This document shows positions 33,967 through 46,834 of a DNA stretch of 64,000 nt, in pieces. The position numbers and the translations under genes were made by a program. The stretch comes from Diplonema japonicum (Eukaryota > Protista > Euglenozoa: Diplonemea): the NCBI GenBank assembly GCA_964019335.1, contig OZ025757.1, positions 1-64,000 on the forward strand, read 5' to 3'. The notes under the pieces are model-generated. The model searched no databases, was not told where the DNA came from, and saw nothing but the letters and a program-made list of their open reading frames with translations. The number at the start of each line of letters is the position of its first letter. Within the stretch, counting starts at the first letter, position 1.

Positions 33967-34754
33967 TTTTTTTTTTTTTTTTTTTTTTTTAAATATTGTT
34001 TTTGCGCTGGTAACGCCTTTCTTAGGATCTGTGGCTAGGAAGGGGGTGGGGGGTGGGGGAAAAAAAAAAGGAAAAAAAATGGGAGAGGGGAGAACACCAA
34101 AGGCGCTCACCAGCTAGTTTTGCGGCTTTCATTTTTTTTTTTTTTTTGAAAAAAAAAAAAACCCCACCCACCCACATTGTTAAAGAAACTTTTTGTTTCA
34201 TTCTCTTTGTATATCTGTGCCACCGGAGTATAAAAAGAAAAAGGAAAAAAAAATGAAGATAAAAAAAGTGGAGGGGGGTATAGAGGTGGTACAACGAATG
34301 GAGGTAATAACAGGGAAGAGGGACGGGAAAAGAACTGCTTCCCCCCTCCTTCTTCTTTCACTTGCAGCTAAGGAGTTAAATATGGGTGGGATGGCGGCCT
34401 ACGAGTGACAGTTGCAGCCAAAGTATATATCTCCCTTATTTCTTTTTGCCGCATTCCTTTCTTTTTCTTTCTTCTTTTTTTTTATACAAGCCCAACGATA
34501 GGAACAGAATACCATATTTCTTCTTTCTTCTCATTCTTCTTCCCCACTCGCTTTCTTTGAAACAGTTTAAAAAAAAAACTCCCCCACCCCGCTCATGTCG
34601 CAGTGCTTTCATTTTCTTTTTCTTGTTCTTTAAAAAAAGAAAGAGGGAATACGTTGATTGGATGATTTGTGTTTTGTGCACAACCGGGAATAGCCTAGAA
34701 GGATAAGTCCAACATTGCTACCACTAAAAAAAAACAACTCCCCCCACCACCCCC

Positions 34755-35832
34755 TTAATTAGGCCGGTACATGACCACTGCAACAGTTATATCATCGTGC
34801 CTCTGCCTCCGTTCAATGCCAACAGGCTTCCGCTTAATCTCCGCAAGGGGTTCCTGACAGCTTTCAGCAACCCGTTCCAACGCCTTTTTTATTTTTTTTT
34901 ATTTAATTTTTTTTTTTTTTTTTTTTTCTTCACACCAATTCCAACAAGTCCTTCGCACAGTGCTCCTGAGAGCCCTGATACTTATTGATGAAGGAGAACA
35001 CCTCGGGCGATGACAACTCATCCCAGAGCCCGTCGGAAGCTACAACAACAAATGTTTCCTTTTTCAAAGTGTGACACGTCACATCCGGCACGCAAGAAAT
35101 GTAAGGCGGCGTAAATGGAATGGAATAGAATGTCCCCGCTAACGAAGCCTCTCTGGGACCGGCGAACTCCATGTACTTCAGGTCTAGGTCTCCTAGTGCC
35201 CGGGCGGGCATTAAACGTCCTTTTATGTAACAAGCTCCTGAGGATTTCTTCACAATGACATTATCTTCGTTGGGGTGCTCCTGTTTTAGTTGCTGTTGAA
35301 ACGTCTCGTCCATGGCGGTGTGGTCGGTGGTGATTTCAAACCCACCAGTGTTTCCAGAAGGATTGCCCACAAGCGCTCGGCAGTCGCCGGCATTAGCGAT
35401 GAACAGTTTGTTTCCTCGAAGCCGGGTCAACAAAGCGCAGCTCCCAACTCGTCGGACTTCGTTAAAGCCAAGCTGATGCGCTGGTCGGACTGATTCAATA
35501 AACGCGTTGTCTACGTTAACAAATGCTTGCTGCATTGCACGTTCTACTTCTTCAAAAGAGCTGTCTGTTGCACCTTGTAGTTCCAACCGGACAGCTTTCA
35601 CGATGGTTTTCGATACAAATTCGGAGACTTGCGGGCCGCCGTGGCCGTCGCAGACCCCTACCCACACATCGCCGTCCAAAGTGTCTGCTGTTACCAGCCT
35701 GTCCTCGTTGTTCCTGTTGGCTTGGTAGGTCGCCGTGCTCACATTTTGTTGCTCGCCCAAAGATTGAAACCCCCAACGCACCACCGGCGTCGTCGGGCTG
35801 TACCCCCTTAGTATGCAGACCCGCCGCAGCAT
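34755..35832 (-). CDS. PP2C/PPM phosphatase (PDP-like, mitochondrial presequence); intron 34884-34935
   Basis: NEDR, CDGHGG, ANAGDCRA, RALGD, VASDGLWD; the final metal-binding HDDIT motif is reached only after splicing. Confidence 0.92.
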
Positions 35833-36159
35833 TTTATCTTATTTTTTGTTTTTTTTTTATTATTTTTATATATATTTTTTTTTGTTTTTCCCTACAGCGA
35901 CATATGACGGTGTGTATGGTGGGTAGGGGGGTGGGGATGGGGGTGGGGGTTTTTTTTTTAAAGCCTTTTTTTTTGTTTTTTTTTTTAAATTGTGGTTAGA
36001 GGAGGGATAGGAATAAAAAAAAAAAAAAAAAAAAAGCTATTTTTTTTTCTTTTCTTTCTTTTTTCTTTGAGATAGTATCACAGGACAAAAAATAATGGCC
36101 CCCTTTCATCGAAATAAAAACTTTTTTTTTTTTTTTTTTGGTACAGATCTCCTCCCCTC

Positions 36160-36615
36160 TCATGAGGCAGCCATAGCCTCTGTTTCCTCGATCAGGGAAT
36201 TAACCAGTGCAACGTTGCTGTTGAAGGAGCTCCTTGCCGACGGGTCCTCCCCCCACAACTCGGAGAAATATTTTTCGAGCTCGAGCTCCTCGAGCTTCTT
36301 CCGGAGCAGCAACAGGATGCCTGGGAACGTGTTCACACCTTCTGTGTCCTTGACGCCGTGCTCTCGGAGTTTTCGCAGCATGGCTTGCTCCTTGCTGAGG
36401 ACTGCCTGCAGCAAACTGCCGTCTTCAAATGGGTGCTCCCCCACACAGCTTTCCCTCTCAAGTGCCTCCCCCTCGTACAGAATAGTGAAGGTACCCGAAT
36501 CAAGCTTTGCCTCTGAAGCGATTTTTTCGTACAACAAGTCAACTTTCTCCGCACCTGCCACCTCCACAGATACAAAGCCTGAGGCAAGTGCCACATGGAG
36601 TGTCAGCACAGACAT
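36160..36615 (-). CDS. Ubiquitin-like domain protein
   Basis: KVDLLYEKIA..TILYEGEALE..EDGSLLQAV resembles a Ubl fold; A-run before ATG. Confidence 0.65.
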   Translation of the reverse strand: MSVLTLHVALASGFVSVEVAGAEKVDLLYEKIASEAKLDSGTFTILYEGEALERESCVGEHPFEDGSLLQAVLSKEQAMLRKLREHGVKDTEGVNTFPGILLLLRKKLEELELEKYFSELWGEDPSARSSFNSNVALVNSLIEETEAMAAS

Positions 36616-37678
36616 TTCTTTTTTTTTTTTCTTTTTTTTCTAGCTTTTTCGTTTCCCCCACATCCTACTTTTTTTTTTTTCTTTTTTTTTTCCCCCCCTT
36701 TTCTTGCAGCAACAATGGATAGAAAGAAAAAAAAAAGAAAATAGTACAAGGGGAAAAAAAGAAAAAACGGAAAAGGGAGAAAAGAAATTCTAGAGTGTTA
36801 CAAACACAAAAAAAAAAAAAGAGAAAAACTACTAACTTTGACCCCGCCCCCATGTAAATCCCTAATTTCGATCTCTTTAGTTTCTTCAATGCTTAAAGTA
36901 GTAGATCCGCCCCCCCCCCCCCCCCCCCCCAAGCTTCACAAAATGTCCAACCATGCAGGTCGCGCCTTCATTGAAAAAGGGGACTACTACTCAGTTGGGC
37001 CATTGTAAACTAAGAGGGGGGGAGGGGTGAGAATTTTGAAAACCCAAGGAGTCTAGTTCGGGGCATTTGAACACCTGGACACTTAGGGGTCAAGTTAGCA
37101 CTCCACCCTTTTAAAAAAAATAGGGAAAAAAAGGCTACCCTTGCCCACAAAGCAGCTCTTTTCTTTTTCTTTTTGTTAGCTGAGGCAAAAAAAAAAAAAG
37201 AAAGAAAAAAAAAAAACAATTTTTTAGAAAAAAATAAAAGGAGGACACTGAACCGGAGGGGAGTGAGTCCTTCCCACGGATTCAGAAACAAAATATTACT
37301 TTTGTTTTTTATTTTTATTTCTATTTTTATTCTCTTTTTTTTTTTTTTTTTAAATTAATTCTAAAGAAAACAGTGAGATTCCCAATCACACTGAAAGATT
37401 TTTTCTCTTTTTTTTTTTTTTTTTTTTCTTTTGTTACAAATATTTATCTTTCCGAGCAAAAAACTTTCGCAGCTTTTTAAAAACCTTTTTTGCTCGTGCG
37501 AACAACCAAGACATATAGTCATAAAGAATTATTTTTTCTTCTTTTTCTTTTCTTTTCTTAACAAATACTTTATACCTAGACATGGGGGAAATAATTAAAA
37601 AAAAAAAATGTCTTTGAAGGGAACCTGCAGTATGTGACAGGATCGCCTAGAAAAAAAAAAGGGGGGTAACGGGATTAA

Positions 37679-39481
37679 CCATCTACCAACGCATTTTTGC
37701 CCACCAGGGGGTAAATTTTCAAAACTTCAAAAAAAACTATTCTAGCGCAACGCCGGGGCTATATGCCCCCGGAAATGCCTCCAGATGTCCCAATTCTAGA
37801 GAGAGGGTGCCCACAGCAGGGCCCACCCTCACAACATTGTCAAAAATATCGTTCCCGAAGTGCTCGAGAGGGGGTACAAAAAACAAGTCAAAAAAAATCG
37901 ACTGTAAAATTCTATAAAAAGCTATTTAAGGCCTTCTTGACGCGGTTCGTACGTACCCCAGGGCTGGGGGACTTCTTTTTTGACCCCGAGAGGGGTTTCT
38001 GGGGGGTATCCCCGGCAAGGTGGTAGTCTTTGAAGCACGGAGTCACGCAAAATTGTACCAAGCAGGCTGAACACTGAAATAGGGGTCTTTTCGACTTGCA
38101 ATGCTTGCACCGCACGTTGCGCTACTTTTTCGGGGAAATGGTCCCAGAAGGTACTGTCGCGTCGCATTGGGGCCTCAGGGCACTCCTTCTGTGTTTCGGG
38201 GCATGGTATTGGGGCAGCCTGCTCTATAGTTGACTTTAGCTGTTGTTTGGGCAGCCTCCCTAGTAGCCCTTCGATGACTGCCTCTTTGAAAGGCGTGAAT
38301 CCACTGTCGTTCGTACTCAGGGTGTTGGGGGGCAATGCTTCTTCCAAACAAGCCAAGCATTTGCCAGAGATTTATCTAACAAGTACGAAAATACTTTCAG
38401 GGGCCACTTCGAAGTCATAAGGGTGCGTTTACGGCGTTTTGTCACAGCGTCACCCAGCGTCGGTTCCGCCCATTGCGGTGTTGTAAATATGCACTTGGTG
38501 GGGAGTGGGATGTCCTTTCTGGAGGGCCTCCGGCTTTCATTCTCTTTTGGCCGACACGCCAAATTTGACTTCACCAGAACATCCAACGTCGACAGAAAGC
38601 GCACAGGCTTGATGTCATGCCACGTTGTGGTGCAAAGGATGCTCACGTGCTGGTGGAACTGGGTGTCCCAGGGTGCGCGTCCTCGGGCCTGCAGCCTCGC
38701 TTCTTTGGGGCATCCGTGATCTCCGGGAGGCCTTTGCGATAGGTAGAAGTCAGCACGCTTGTTTGTTTCGCTGTGGAAACACAGATTTCCCAGAATAGTC
38801 AAAAAGCAGTCTCTTGACATGACGGTGGCGTACCCAGGGGTGGTTGAGAGGCGTGGAGCCAGTGCGCCAGTAATCAGAATAATCTGGCTTTTGATATCCC
38901 AAGTCCATCGACAAAAGGGCACCTAGGAAGGTACGCAGAGAAGCAGCATCGAGATCCAGGGAAACACCTTTTTTAGCCGCATTTGCCACATTGTTCGAAG
39001 TTATGACCCGAATAACGTTTGGGACGAGCATTTGGGAGAATATATGGTATGGCGTTGAGCCTCTGATGTCAAAACAGGGTCCACAAGGATTCCGATCTTC
39101 ACGAAACCGGATGCCTTCCAACTGCTCCGGCTTTGCCGTCTAATCACCCTGCTGTGACTCGGAATCGGTCGAATAGAATCACTGTTCGTATCAAAATTGC
39201 ATAATAGGGATGAGCAATCAGTGCTACCATCACTCATAATGTCCTCTTCCGGCCTCTTTCTGGGTGCCCTTTTAAAGTGATTTTTAAGGGTAAATTTGGG
39301 CTGGCGTTTTTTTTTTATTTTTTCATTTTCTTGCAAAGTTAGGGCAGCATTTAGTTTATATTTTTCATATTTCCGCGCAGGACCCCGGATGCGAGAAGTG
39401 TCCGGGCTGTATTGCATTGAAAGCCCTTTGCGCAAAAGATTTTTTTTCAAATCGTCTATAAAGACGCTCGTTGGTAGATGG
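37679..39481 (-). mobile_element. Decayed, internally deleted piggyBac element with TTAA TSD and 13-bp TIRs
   Basis: TTAA|CCATCTACCAACG ... CGTTGGTAGATGG|TTAA; frameshifted transposase pieces WHDIKPVRFLST, KWPLKVFSYLLD..NAW and the Cys-rich tail CKHC..CSAC..C..CFKDYH. Confidence 0.92.
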
Positions 39482-39508
39482 TTAAAAAAAAAATAAATAA
39501 ATAAATAA

Positions 39509-41068
39509 CTAACCAGCAAATTCAGGTACCGAACCACGCTTACCTCCAGGGTAGAAATTGCTTAACTGTTCAAAAAAAAAAAATTTTTTTTTCCCCCACC
39601 CCTCTTTAAACCACACCTTAATCTCGGGAGCTCGATGAGGAAAGTTCCTAATACCGGCTTGAGGTTTAATCTGAGAAGAAGAAGATCGGTGAAACGGAGC
39701 GGACCTCACGGGGGTAGGGTTCCTTGAAGGATTCCTACCAAACGCCCTTGCGCTGCCGGATCTTCTAGGTGATGAATTCAATTCCGTGGACTGGGAGCGA
39801 CTCTTAACCTTAACAGGCGTGTGTGAACGACGAGACGTAGCTTTACTGACCATCCTCGGGGTGGTGACCTCTGCCTCGACACTATACCTCCGCAAGGCAT
39901 CGTCTGTTAAACCATACTCCTTCTTGACAATCTCCATAAACACGGATTCCTTCCCTTTCCACTCGTCGGCAATCGTTGAAATCTTGTCAATTTTCATGGG
40001 ATCGTGTCTGCTGTAAACACCCTTCAAAACCTTAACTAGTGTATGCTTAGGCACAGCGTGCAAAGCGGCCGTTTTCAACATTGGTACCGATTGTTTATTC
40101 ACCTGCGGGACAGGTGTGTCTTGTTCAACAGTTTGAACGGATGTGCATTGAGTTGCGGGTCGTGGGAGGTTTGATTTTAACAGGTTAGCCTGAAGCTCGG
40201 TGATCTTTCGTTCTAAAACAATTTTCTCGCGTTCGACCTCGGCCCTGCGTGCGGCCTCGTTGTGATACTCTTCACTCATTGAAGATGGCTGTCTTTCTTC
40301 TGCAATCTGCCTGGTAGCGCGTTCTCTTGTGAGTTCCCTTCGCAACTCGTTGTTCTCCTCTTGCATCACTGCACGCGACAGTCTACCTGATGATCCGAGA
40401 GAACAGCTTGTTTGAAGGTGCGCGGACTCGAATTTCAAAAGGATTTTGAAAAATTCAAACTGGCATGAAATTATGCTGCATCTTTCTGTTGCTTCACAAC
40501 TTGCGATGGAGTCAATGTGCCGGCGGTGCTCTTGCTGGAGAAGCTGTTTGGTGAGGATTAATTCGGATGCAGATGTGTCATCGCTTTGCGTTTGCTTCAA
40601 AGAAGCGACTTCTTCGCGGAGATCTTGTGCTTCTTTGCTGACGCCTTTGAGCTGCCCGAGAAGTTCCAGAACGTTGGGAAGCGATTTTACTTTTGAGTCT
40701 TTCGAGGCTACCCTTTCACTGTACTCCTTAAGGAATTGATTTCTGCTTGGGGACGCACGGCCTTCGGATGGACTTTGTTCTCGGCATCTTGAGGTGCTAC
40801 GTCCAAGGGTTGAACTCAAGCTTTCATTGAAGTCAACCTTCTTTTTAAACCTGCTCCCCGTTCGGGCGCTGGTCTTCTTGTGCTTCATTGGCGGGCTTGA
40901 CGAAGATCTTGCGGGTTTGTTGGTGCTCCTGCGGGGCTTCTCTCCTAACGGCTTGCGCGGCTGCGTGTCTTCGAGGAACAGCTTTTCGTACTCGTGTGCC
41001 AGGACATTCACATCTGTTGACTTGCTCGACCTGTTCAGCACGCTGGAGTTGGGCGGCGAGCGAATCAT
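39509..41068 (-). CDS. Coiled-coil hypothetical protein; probable intron 39566-39616
   Basis: ~520-codon ORF after an A-run; YSRHDPMKIDKI..WKGKE..KEYG helical motif. Confidence 0.75.
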   Translation of the reverse strand: MIRSPPNSSVLNRSSKSTDVNVLAHEYEKLFLEDTQPRKPLGEKPRRSTNKPARSSSSPPMKHKKTSARTGSRFKKKVDFNESLSSTLGRSTSRCREQSPSEGRASPSRNQFLKEYSERVASKDSKVKSLPNVLELLGQLKGVSKEAQDLREEVASLKQTQSDDTSASELILTKQLLQQEHRRHIDSIASCEATERCSIISCQFEFFKILLKFESAHLQTSCSLGSSGRLSRAVMQEENNELRRELTRERATRQIAEERQPSSMSEEYHNEAARRAEVEREKIVLERKITELQANLLKSNLPRPATQCTSVQTVEQDTPVPQVNKQSVPMLKTAALHAVPKHTLVKVLKGVYSRHDPMKIDKISTIADEWKGKESVFMEIVKKEYGLTDDALRRYSVEAEVTTPRMVSKATSRRSHTPVKVKSRSQSTELNSSPRRSGSARAFGRNPSRNPTPVRSAPFHRSSSSQIKPQAGIRNFPHRAPEIKVWFKEGWGKKKFFFFEQLSNFYPGGKRGSVPEFAG

Positions 41069-41081
41069 TTTTTTTTTTTTT

Positions 41082-41113
<32 letters not shown>

Positions 41114-41336
41114 CTCTACTAATGAGAAAAATCTTCTTTTTTTTGCACAGTTGAAATCGTAGACTTGTTTAAACAAACAGAAAAGGGGAACGTTGAACAA
41201 CGTGTTTGTTTGACAAACTTCTGGACCTTTTCTTCCGGTATTTCCTTGTTCTGGTTCAGCCAGACCTCCCCATTCTTTCCTGCGACTACCATTGCAATCT
41301 TCGCCCTGAGAGCCGGAATCGCCTTGACACACTTAC

Positions 41337-42619
41337 TTACGAGAACACGCAAGCCGAAAAAAAGAACCACGCACTTAGCCAGAGCAGGATCGTTACAGTA
41401 TTATCATCATCATCACCAGAATCACTGCTCGGGACAGGCCCTTGAGGGTGCAAAAGCTGGCGAACCGCAAATGTGTGGAAAGGCTGCTTCTCGTCCACCA
41501 CCAACGCATCCAGCGAATCGCTGAACAAAAGGCACTGTTTGTGTGGGTACGACGTGCCGACAGGTGCATTTTCAACCCACTGGTACACGGTGCAGACCTC
41601 ATCCGCACAGCACTCCGCGTGGCATTTGTACTGAGTAGCAACCTCGATCTGTTTGTAACCATTGCCGTTTATATTATAGTGCTTGGGGAGCATCTCCGTG
41701 ACACAACCCTTGAACACCGATACAAAACTTGAATTCTTCCTCACGGCGAGCCTGCCCCCGTCGGTGGAGACAGACAAGACATCATCGCCCCCTGTAGCTG
41801 TTGACCACACCCCTTCTCGGGCCCCGTTGCTGTCGTTGAACATTGTTGCGACCGCGTGAGACCCGTTGTGGTGAAAGGAGAGGGCCCAAGATGGTATGCC
41901 GTAAGGTTTTGGTTCGCCTTTAACGACCTTGGTCGCCCCCGTCCACCCAAGCTGCCACACAGTGTTGGAATTATTAAGCTTCACAATATCAGAGTTTGTC
42001 TGCCCCGCGTAAGAAATTACCACAGCAGTCGCATTGGCACTGGTGTGCATGGTAACAGGGCTTTGTTGGGGAATAGTTCTTTGTTCAGTTTCATTGATCG
42101 AAAGGTTCTCATTAATGCGATGGACCTGGAGCTGATCGATAAAGGAAGAGGTCACAACAACATCGCCATTGGCAGATGTGTCTAACAACGAGCATGCTGG
42201 GGGCAGAGGGCCCATGGCAGAGGAACCGTTCTCGTTGAAGTACGAAGAGAGGCCGTTGGAACAGCAGGCGTAGGTCACCTCTTTGGTCGGCGAGACCATG
42301 GTGCAGTTGTTGTTCTGTATCGGGGAGCCTCCAGAGTAGTTCCTGTCTCCAGGGGTGATCTTCAAGAGGTACCAGATGTCGTTGCTCCTGTAGGCGATCA
42401 CGGAGAGGTCCTCGTTGGGGAGAGCTTTTTGTATGTTGCTGCCCGAGAACTCTCCACTTCGTCCCCCAAATTCCCAGATTTTCCCTGTGCCGCCTGTGGC
42501 CGATACTGCTGCCCAGCCGTCACCTGATAATTCGAAGCTTTTCAACATTCTCCCATGTAGTCAACGGTCACTTGGACGAGGCTTGTGGAAACGGTGTACA
42601 GAAGGGCGAGGGATTGCAT
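41337..42619 (-). pseudogene. Copy 1 of the PAN/Apple-like membrane protein, 5' frameshift and altered tail
   Basis: Deletion after VDY gives MGEC*; TM tail truncated relative to copy 3. Confidence 0.75.
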
Positions 42620-43368
42620 GTTTGTGTCCCCCCCCCCCCCCCCCCCCCCTGAGAACACTGCGAAAAAGCCAAGTCAAATATCGTTGCTGATTGTGTTTTC
42701 GGACATAGCGGAGACACGAAAGCAAAGCTTTCCGATTGCTACGGGAGCGGCCGAGTGTTCCAACACTCAAAAAAAACCACCCGGGGAGTAATGGTTCTTA
42801 ACCTATAGCAGAAAGGGTCACCTTCTTTTTGTACAAAAGAAACGAGCAGTGACACAAAAGCTAGGGACCAGGGGAAAAAAAAATCTTCTTTTAAAAGACC
42901 GATCGTATAAAAAAAAATAGAAATATGGTAAAACAAAAAAGAACTAGGGAGGAGTGGGGAGATGGGGGTGTGAGTGACCACGACCCCAACCCTTAAAATA
43001 ATGAAAACCGCTTGTACAAATTAAGAATTAAGATTTTTATTCGTATCCTAGTAGGGGGAGGGGAGGGAGAAAAACATTTTCTGCTTCTACAGAACGGTTA
43101 ACCATTCAGAGAAGAGAAATTGGCAATGAGAGAAAAGAAAAGAAGGAAATGGGAAAAGAAAGAAAAGTAACATGAGCTCGTGCGGGGAAAGAAAATGTCA
43201 ACACTGCTGTGAACAAAAAAAAAAAAATGTGACACAATTCTTTTTTGTTTTCTTCTCTTTTTTTTTCTTTTTTTCTTCTCGTTCTTTCTTAGAGCTACAA
43301 CAACGTTTTCCCGGAAATGTTGTTGCTTTTGTTTTTTTTTTCGCTTTTTTTTTTTTTTTTTTTTTTTT

Positions 43369-44769
43369 TCACACGATATGTGTATTCTTCTGGATTTCCC
43401 TGTTCAGATTCAACTCGGCCTCCACTTTCTCCCTGTCTCTTGCGATCCTCGCCTGCTTAGCCCTTTCCGAGAAATACCCCCCGAGACCCAGAAATAAGAA
43501 GCTCCCACCTAGAGCGGTCACGACCGTTACGTAATCAGGGCCTTCCTCATCAGAACTACTGTTCGGGTGCAAAAGCTGGCGAACCGCAAATGTGTGGAAA
43601 GGCTGCTTCTCGTCCACCACCAACGCATCCAGCGAATCGCTGAACAAAAGGCACTGTTTGTGTGGGTACGACGTGCCGACAGGTGCATTTTCAACCCACT
43701 GGTACACGGTGCAGACCTCATCCGCACAGCACTCCGCGTGGCATTTGTACTGAGTAGCAACCTCGATCTGTTTGTAACCATTGCCGTTTATATTATAGTG
43801 CTTGGGGAGCATCTCCGTGACACAACCCTTGAACACCGATACAAAACTTGAATTCTTCCTCACGGCGAGCCTGCCCCCGTCGGTGGAGACAGACAAGACA
43901 TCATCGCCCCCTGTAGCTGTTGACCACACCCCTTCTCGGGCCCCGTTGCTGTCGTTGAACATTGTTGCGACCGCGTGAGACCCGTTGTGGTGAAAGGAGA
44001 GGGCCCAAGATGGTATGCCGTAAGGTTTTGGTTCGCCTTTAACGACCTTGGTCGCCCCCGTCCACCCAAGCTGCCACACAGTGTTGGAATTATTAAGCTT
44101 CACAATATCAGAGTTTGTCTGCCCCGCGTAAGAAATTACCACAGCAGTCGCATTGGCACTGGTGTGCATGGTAACAGGGCTTTGTTGGGGAATAGTTCTT
44201 TGTTCAGTTTCATTGATCGAAAGGTTCTCATTAATGCGATGGACCTGGAGCTGATCGATAAAGGAAGAGGTCACAACAACATCGCCATTGGCAGATGTGT
44301 CTAACAACGAGCATGCTGGGGGCAGAGGGCCCATGGCAGAGGAACCGTTCTCGTTGAAGTACGAAGAGAGGCCGTTGGAACAGCAGGCGTAGGTCACCTC
44401 TTTGGTCGGCGAGACCATGGTGCAGTTGTTGTTCTGTATCGGGGAGCCTCCAGAGTAGTTCCTGTCTCCAGGGGTGATCTTCAAGAGGTACCAGATGTCG
44501 TTGCTCCTGTAGGCGATCACGGAGAGGTCCTCGTTGGGGAGAGCTTCTTGTATGTTGCTGCTCGAGAACTCTCCACTTCGTCCCCACGACCCGAATTCCC
44601 AGATTTTCCCTGTGCCGCCGCCTGTGGCCGATACTGCTGCCCAGCCGTCACCTGATAATTCGAAGCTTTGCATCTCATTCCCAACATCCAAGTCCCTCTC
44701 CCATGTGTAGTCAACGGTCACTTGGACGAGGCTTGTGGAAACGGTGTACAGAAGGGTGAGACATTGCAT
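43369..44769 (-). CDS. Copy 2: predicted type I membrane protein, beta-rich ectodomain plus PAN/Apple-like module
   Basis: Hydrophobic N-terminus, many NxS/T sites, KCHAECCADEVCTVYQW..CLL, C-terminal TM segment. Confidence 0.8.
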   Translation of the reverse strand: MQCLTLLYTVSTSLVQVTVDYTWERDLDVGNEMQSFELSGDGWAAVSATGGGTGKIWEFGSWGRSGEFSSSNIQEALPNEDLSVIAYRSNDIWYLLKITPGDRNYSGGSPIQNNNCTMVSPTKEVTYACCSNGLSSYFNENGSSAMGPLPPACSLLDTSANGDVVVTSSFIDQLQVHRINENLSINETEQRTIPQQSPVTMHTSANATAVVISYAGQTNSDIVKLNNSNTVWQLGWTGATKVVKGEPKPYGIPSWALSFHHNGSHAVATMFNDSNGAREGVWSTATGGDDVLSVSTDGGRLAVRKNSSFVSVFKGCVTEMLPKHYNINGNGYKQIEVATQYKCHAECCADEVCTVYQWVENAPVGTSYPHKQCLLFSDSLDALVVDEKQPFHTFAVRQLLHPNSSSDEEGPDYVTVVTALGGSFLFLGLGGYFSERAKQARIARDREKVEAELNLNREIQKNTHIV

Positions 44770-45826
44770 TTCTTTTTTTTGTTAACCTTTTTCTTTTTAA
44801 GATCTACGACACTAGAGTTCGCCCTTGACTTTCGAGCAAAGGACGAAGCTGCCTCAAGGCCGATCCTGCCGGGAGGGATATGCTGTACATTATATTACTG
44901 TCCTTCGAAGGGTTTTTCTTTTTTGCGTATTTCACAGGGACTCCTTGTCCATTTATTGTTCTGCCCGCCATCGTCGTGAAGAAAAGAAAGAAATAAAAAG
45001 TCGAGGTAGGTATAAAAAAAGATTCAAGTTATAAAAGTGTTCGCAAGAATCTTACAAAAAAAAGCGAACAAAGAAAAAAAAGGGGGGGGTGTAATGATGG
45101 CGCGAGCGGAAAGGTTTTGCTTAAGATATTTCTTCTTCTTTTTTCTTCTCTCTTTTCTTTTTTCGTGCCCGGTTACAAGTCGCATAAGGCAGTAAATTCA
45201 TTTTTGCAACAACGAGAAAAAGAAATAATCGATTAGTTTTCATTGTGCAAGGAGGGGGGAAGGCGATCGTTTTGTTCATAAGAAAAATAAAAATAAGACG
45301 TACCCAGCAGGCCCGAGATAGCAAAAAAATGCCGGCAAAAATTCATTCCTTAGTGGTAAGTACGCGTATTCAAGCAAAAAAAAAGGGGGGGTATTTTCAA
45401 AGGAGGAACGAAGCAAGAGGGGGGTTGGCCCTACCTATTTTTTTTTCCTTTTCGAAAGTACTTTTTTCTTTTTTTTTTTTTTTTTTTTTTTCCTTGCTGC
45501 CACGCGGCCACTGAGAAAGACACCCTGCTGTCTCTGTTATTTCCATTCTTTGAGTAATTTTGCGTTATCATTTTGTTTCCTACCTTTGCTTACTTCCCCG
45601 GTTCTCAGAAACCAAATTATTCATTTCACTTCAAAAAGGCCGGTGAAACAAATGGCTCAAGCACACAGATCGGTATCACAAGTAAGTTTATGATTTTTAT
45701 TCCTTTTTTTCTTTTTCTTCCTCTTCTTTACATAGAGATGAATCTGCGGGAAAAGAGGATGGGATGGTAGTGGAAGGGAGGGAGGAAAAGTTAATTCTTT
45801 TTTCATTTTTTTTTTTTTTTTCATCT

Positions 45827-46834
45827 TCACTCAAGACACACACACGGTCTGTTGGGACCCGTTGTGCCCTTCTGCTGCACTGCCTTCGCAGGGCACCAGT
45901 CATTCCCCACTGTCTGGGTGGTGGAAAACACCGCAACATGCGGGGCATCAGTAGTGACAGGGATATCGAACACTTCCCCAGCAGCAAGGGTCTTGTGGAA
46001 GACCGTCATCGTCTGTGACTGGGAAGAACCCGTTGGGGTGAAGATGGGTGCGCACGACGACCCCATCCACCCCTCCGAGGCGAGGAACCCGGGGATCCCA
46101 CCGTTCTTCTTGTGGGAGCAAGGGGGGCAGTGGTACACCGCAACAAAGAAATTGCACGGCTCCCCCTTCGAAGCACAGCATTCCAGTTCGATCTTGTCCC
46201 CAGAGACAAGGGCGGGGAGGTTGTACACAGCCGCAGCTGCCAGCACGGGGGGAGGGCTTGAGAGGGTCCTCTCCGGTGACATCACCTTCCCATCAACAAA
46301 GGAGGCAGGTACGTGCATGTTCGACCCAAGCCCTGTCACTGTCGTTGCCCCGCCGCACCTGGAGCAGCATGTCGCATGGTAGTAAATGGTGTGATAAGGA
46401 ACAGTAGGGTGCATGGTCCTGCAGTTAGTTCCACACACGAGGCCGTCACCGCAGTGGGAGTTTGTGTGGCAGGTTCCCTCCCCGTACTTGCACTTCCCGT
46501 GGGGGGCCCTGTTGCAGTAGTCCGGGTGGAAGGGCTTGATGGTGTCGCAGCAGTCCGCCAGTATGTCGTACGAGTCCGCCTTGTCAGGGAACATCGCCTT
46601 GCAGTTGTTCAGCCCGCACACGAGGTCCCCCTCGCACTCGTTGTCGCTGTCGCAGTCGCTTTCCCCCAACACGCACTTCGGTGTCCCCTTGCAGTAGTCC
46701 CAGGTCCCCGGTGGCCCGATTGTGCTTCCCTGGCCTTCCGGCTCGTGTTCCGACGGGTCGTCGTGCGGGGGCAGCAGTTTCCCCTGAACAGCGACCACCA
46801 AGGCAAGGAACACAGCGAAGGCTTTCATTTGCAT
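45827..46834 (-). CDS. Secreted cysteine-rich repeat protein
   Basis: Signal peptide; two CxxGExxCxxxxxCxxxLVCGxNC repeats. Confidence 0.85.
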   Translation of the reverse strand: MQMKAFAVFLALVVAVQGKLLPPHDDPSEHEPEGQGSTIGPPGTWDYCKGTPKCVLGESDCDSDNECEGDLVCGLNNCKAMFPDKADSYDILADCCDTIKPFHPDYCNRAPHGKCKYGEGTCHTNSHCGDGLVCGTNCRTMHPTVPYHTIYYHATCCSRCGGATTVTGLGSNMHVPASFVDGKVMSPERTLSSPPPVLAAAAVYNLPALVSGDKIELECCASKGEPCNFFVAVYHCPPCSHKKNGGIPGFLASEGWMGSSCAPIFTPTGSSQSQTMTVFHKTLAAGEVFDIPVTTDAPHVAVFSTTQTVGNDWCPAKAVQQKGTTGPNRPCVCLE

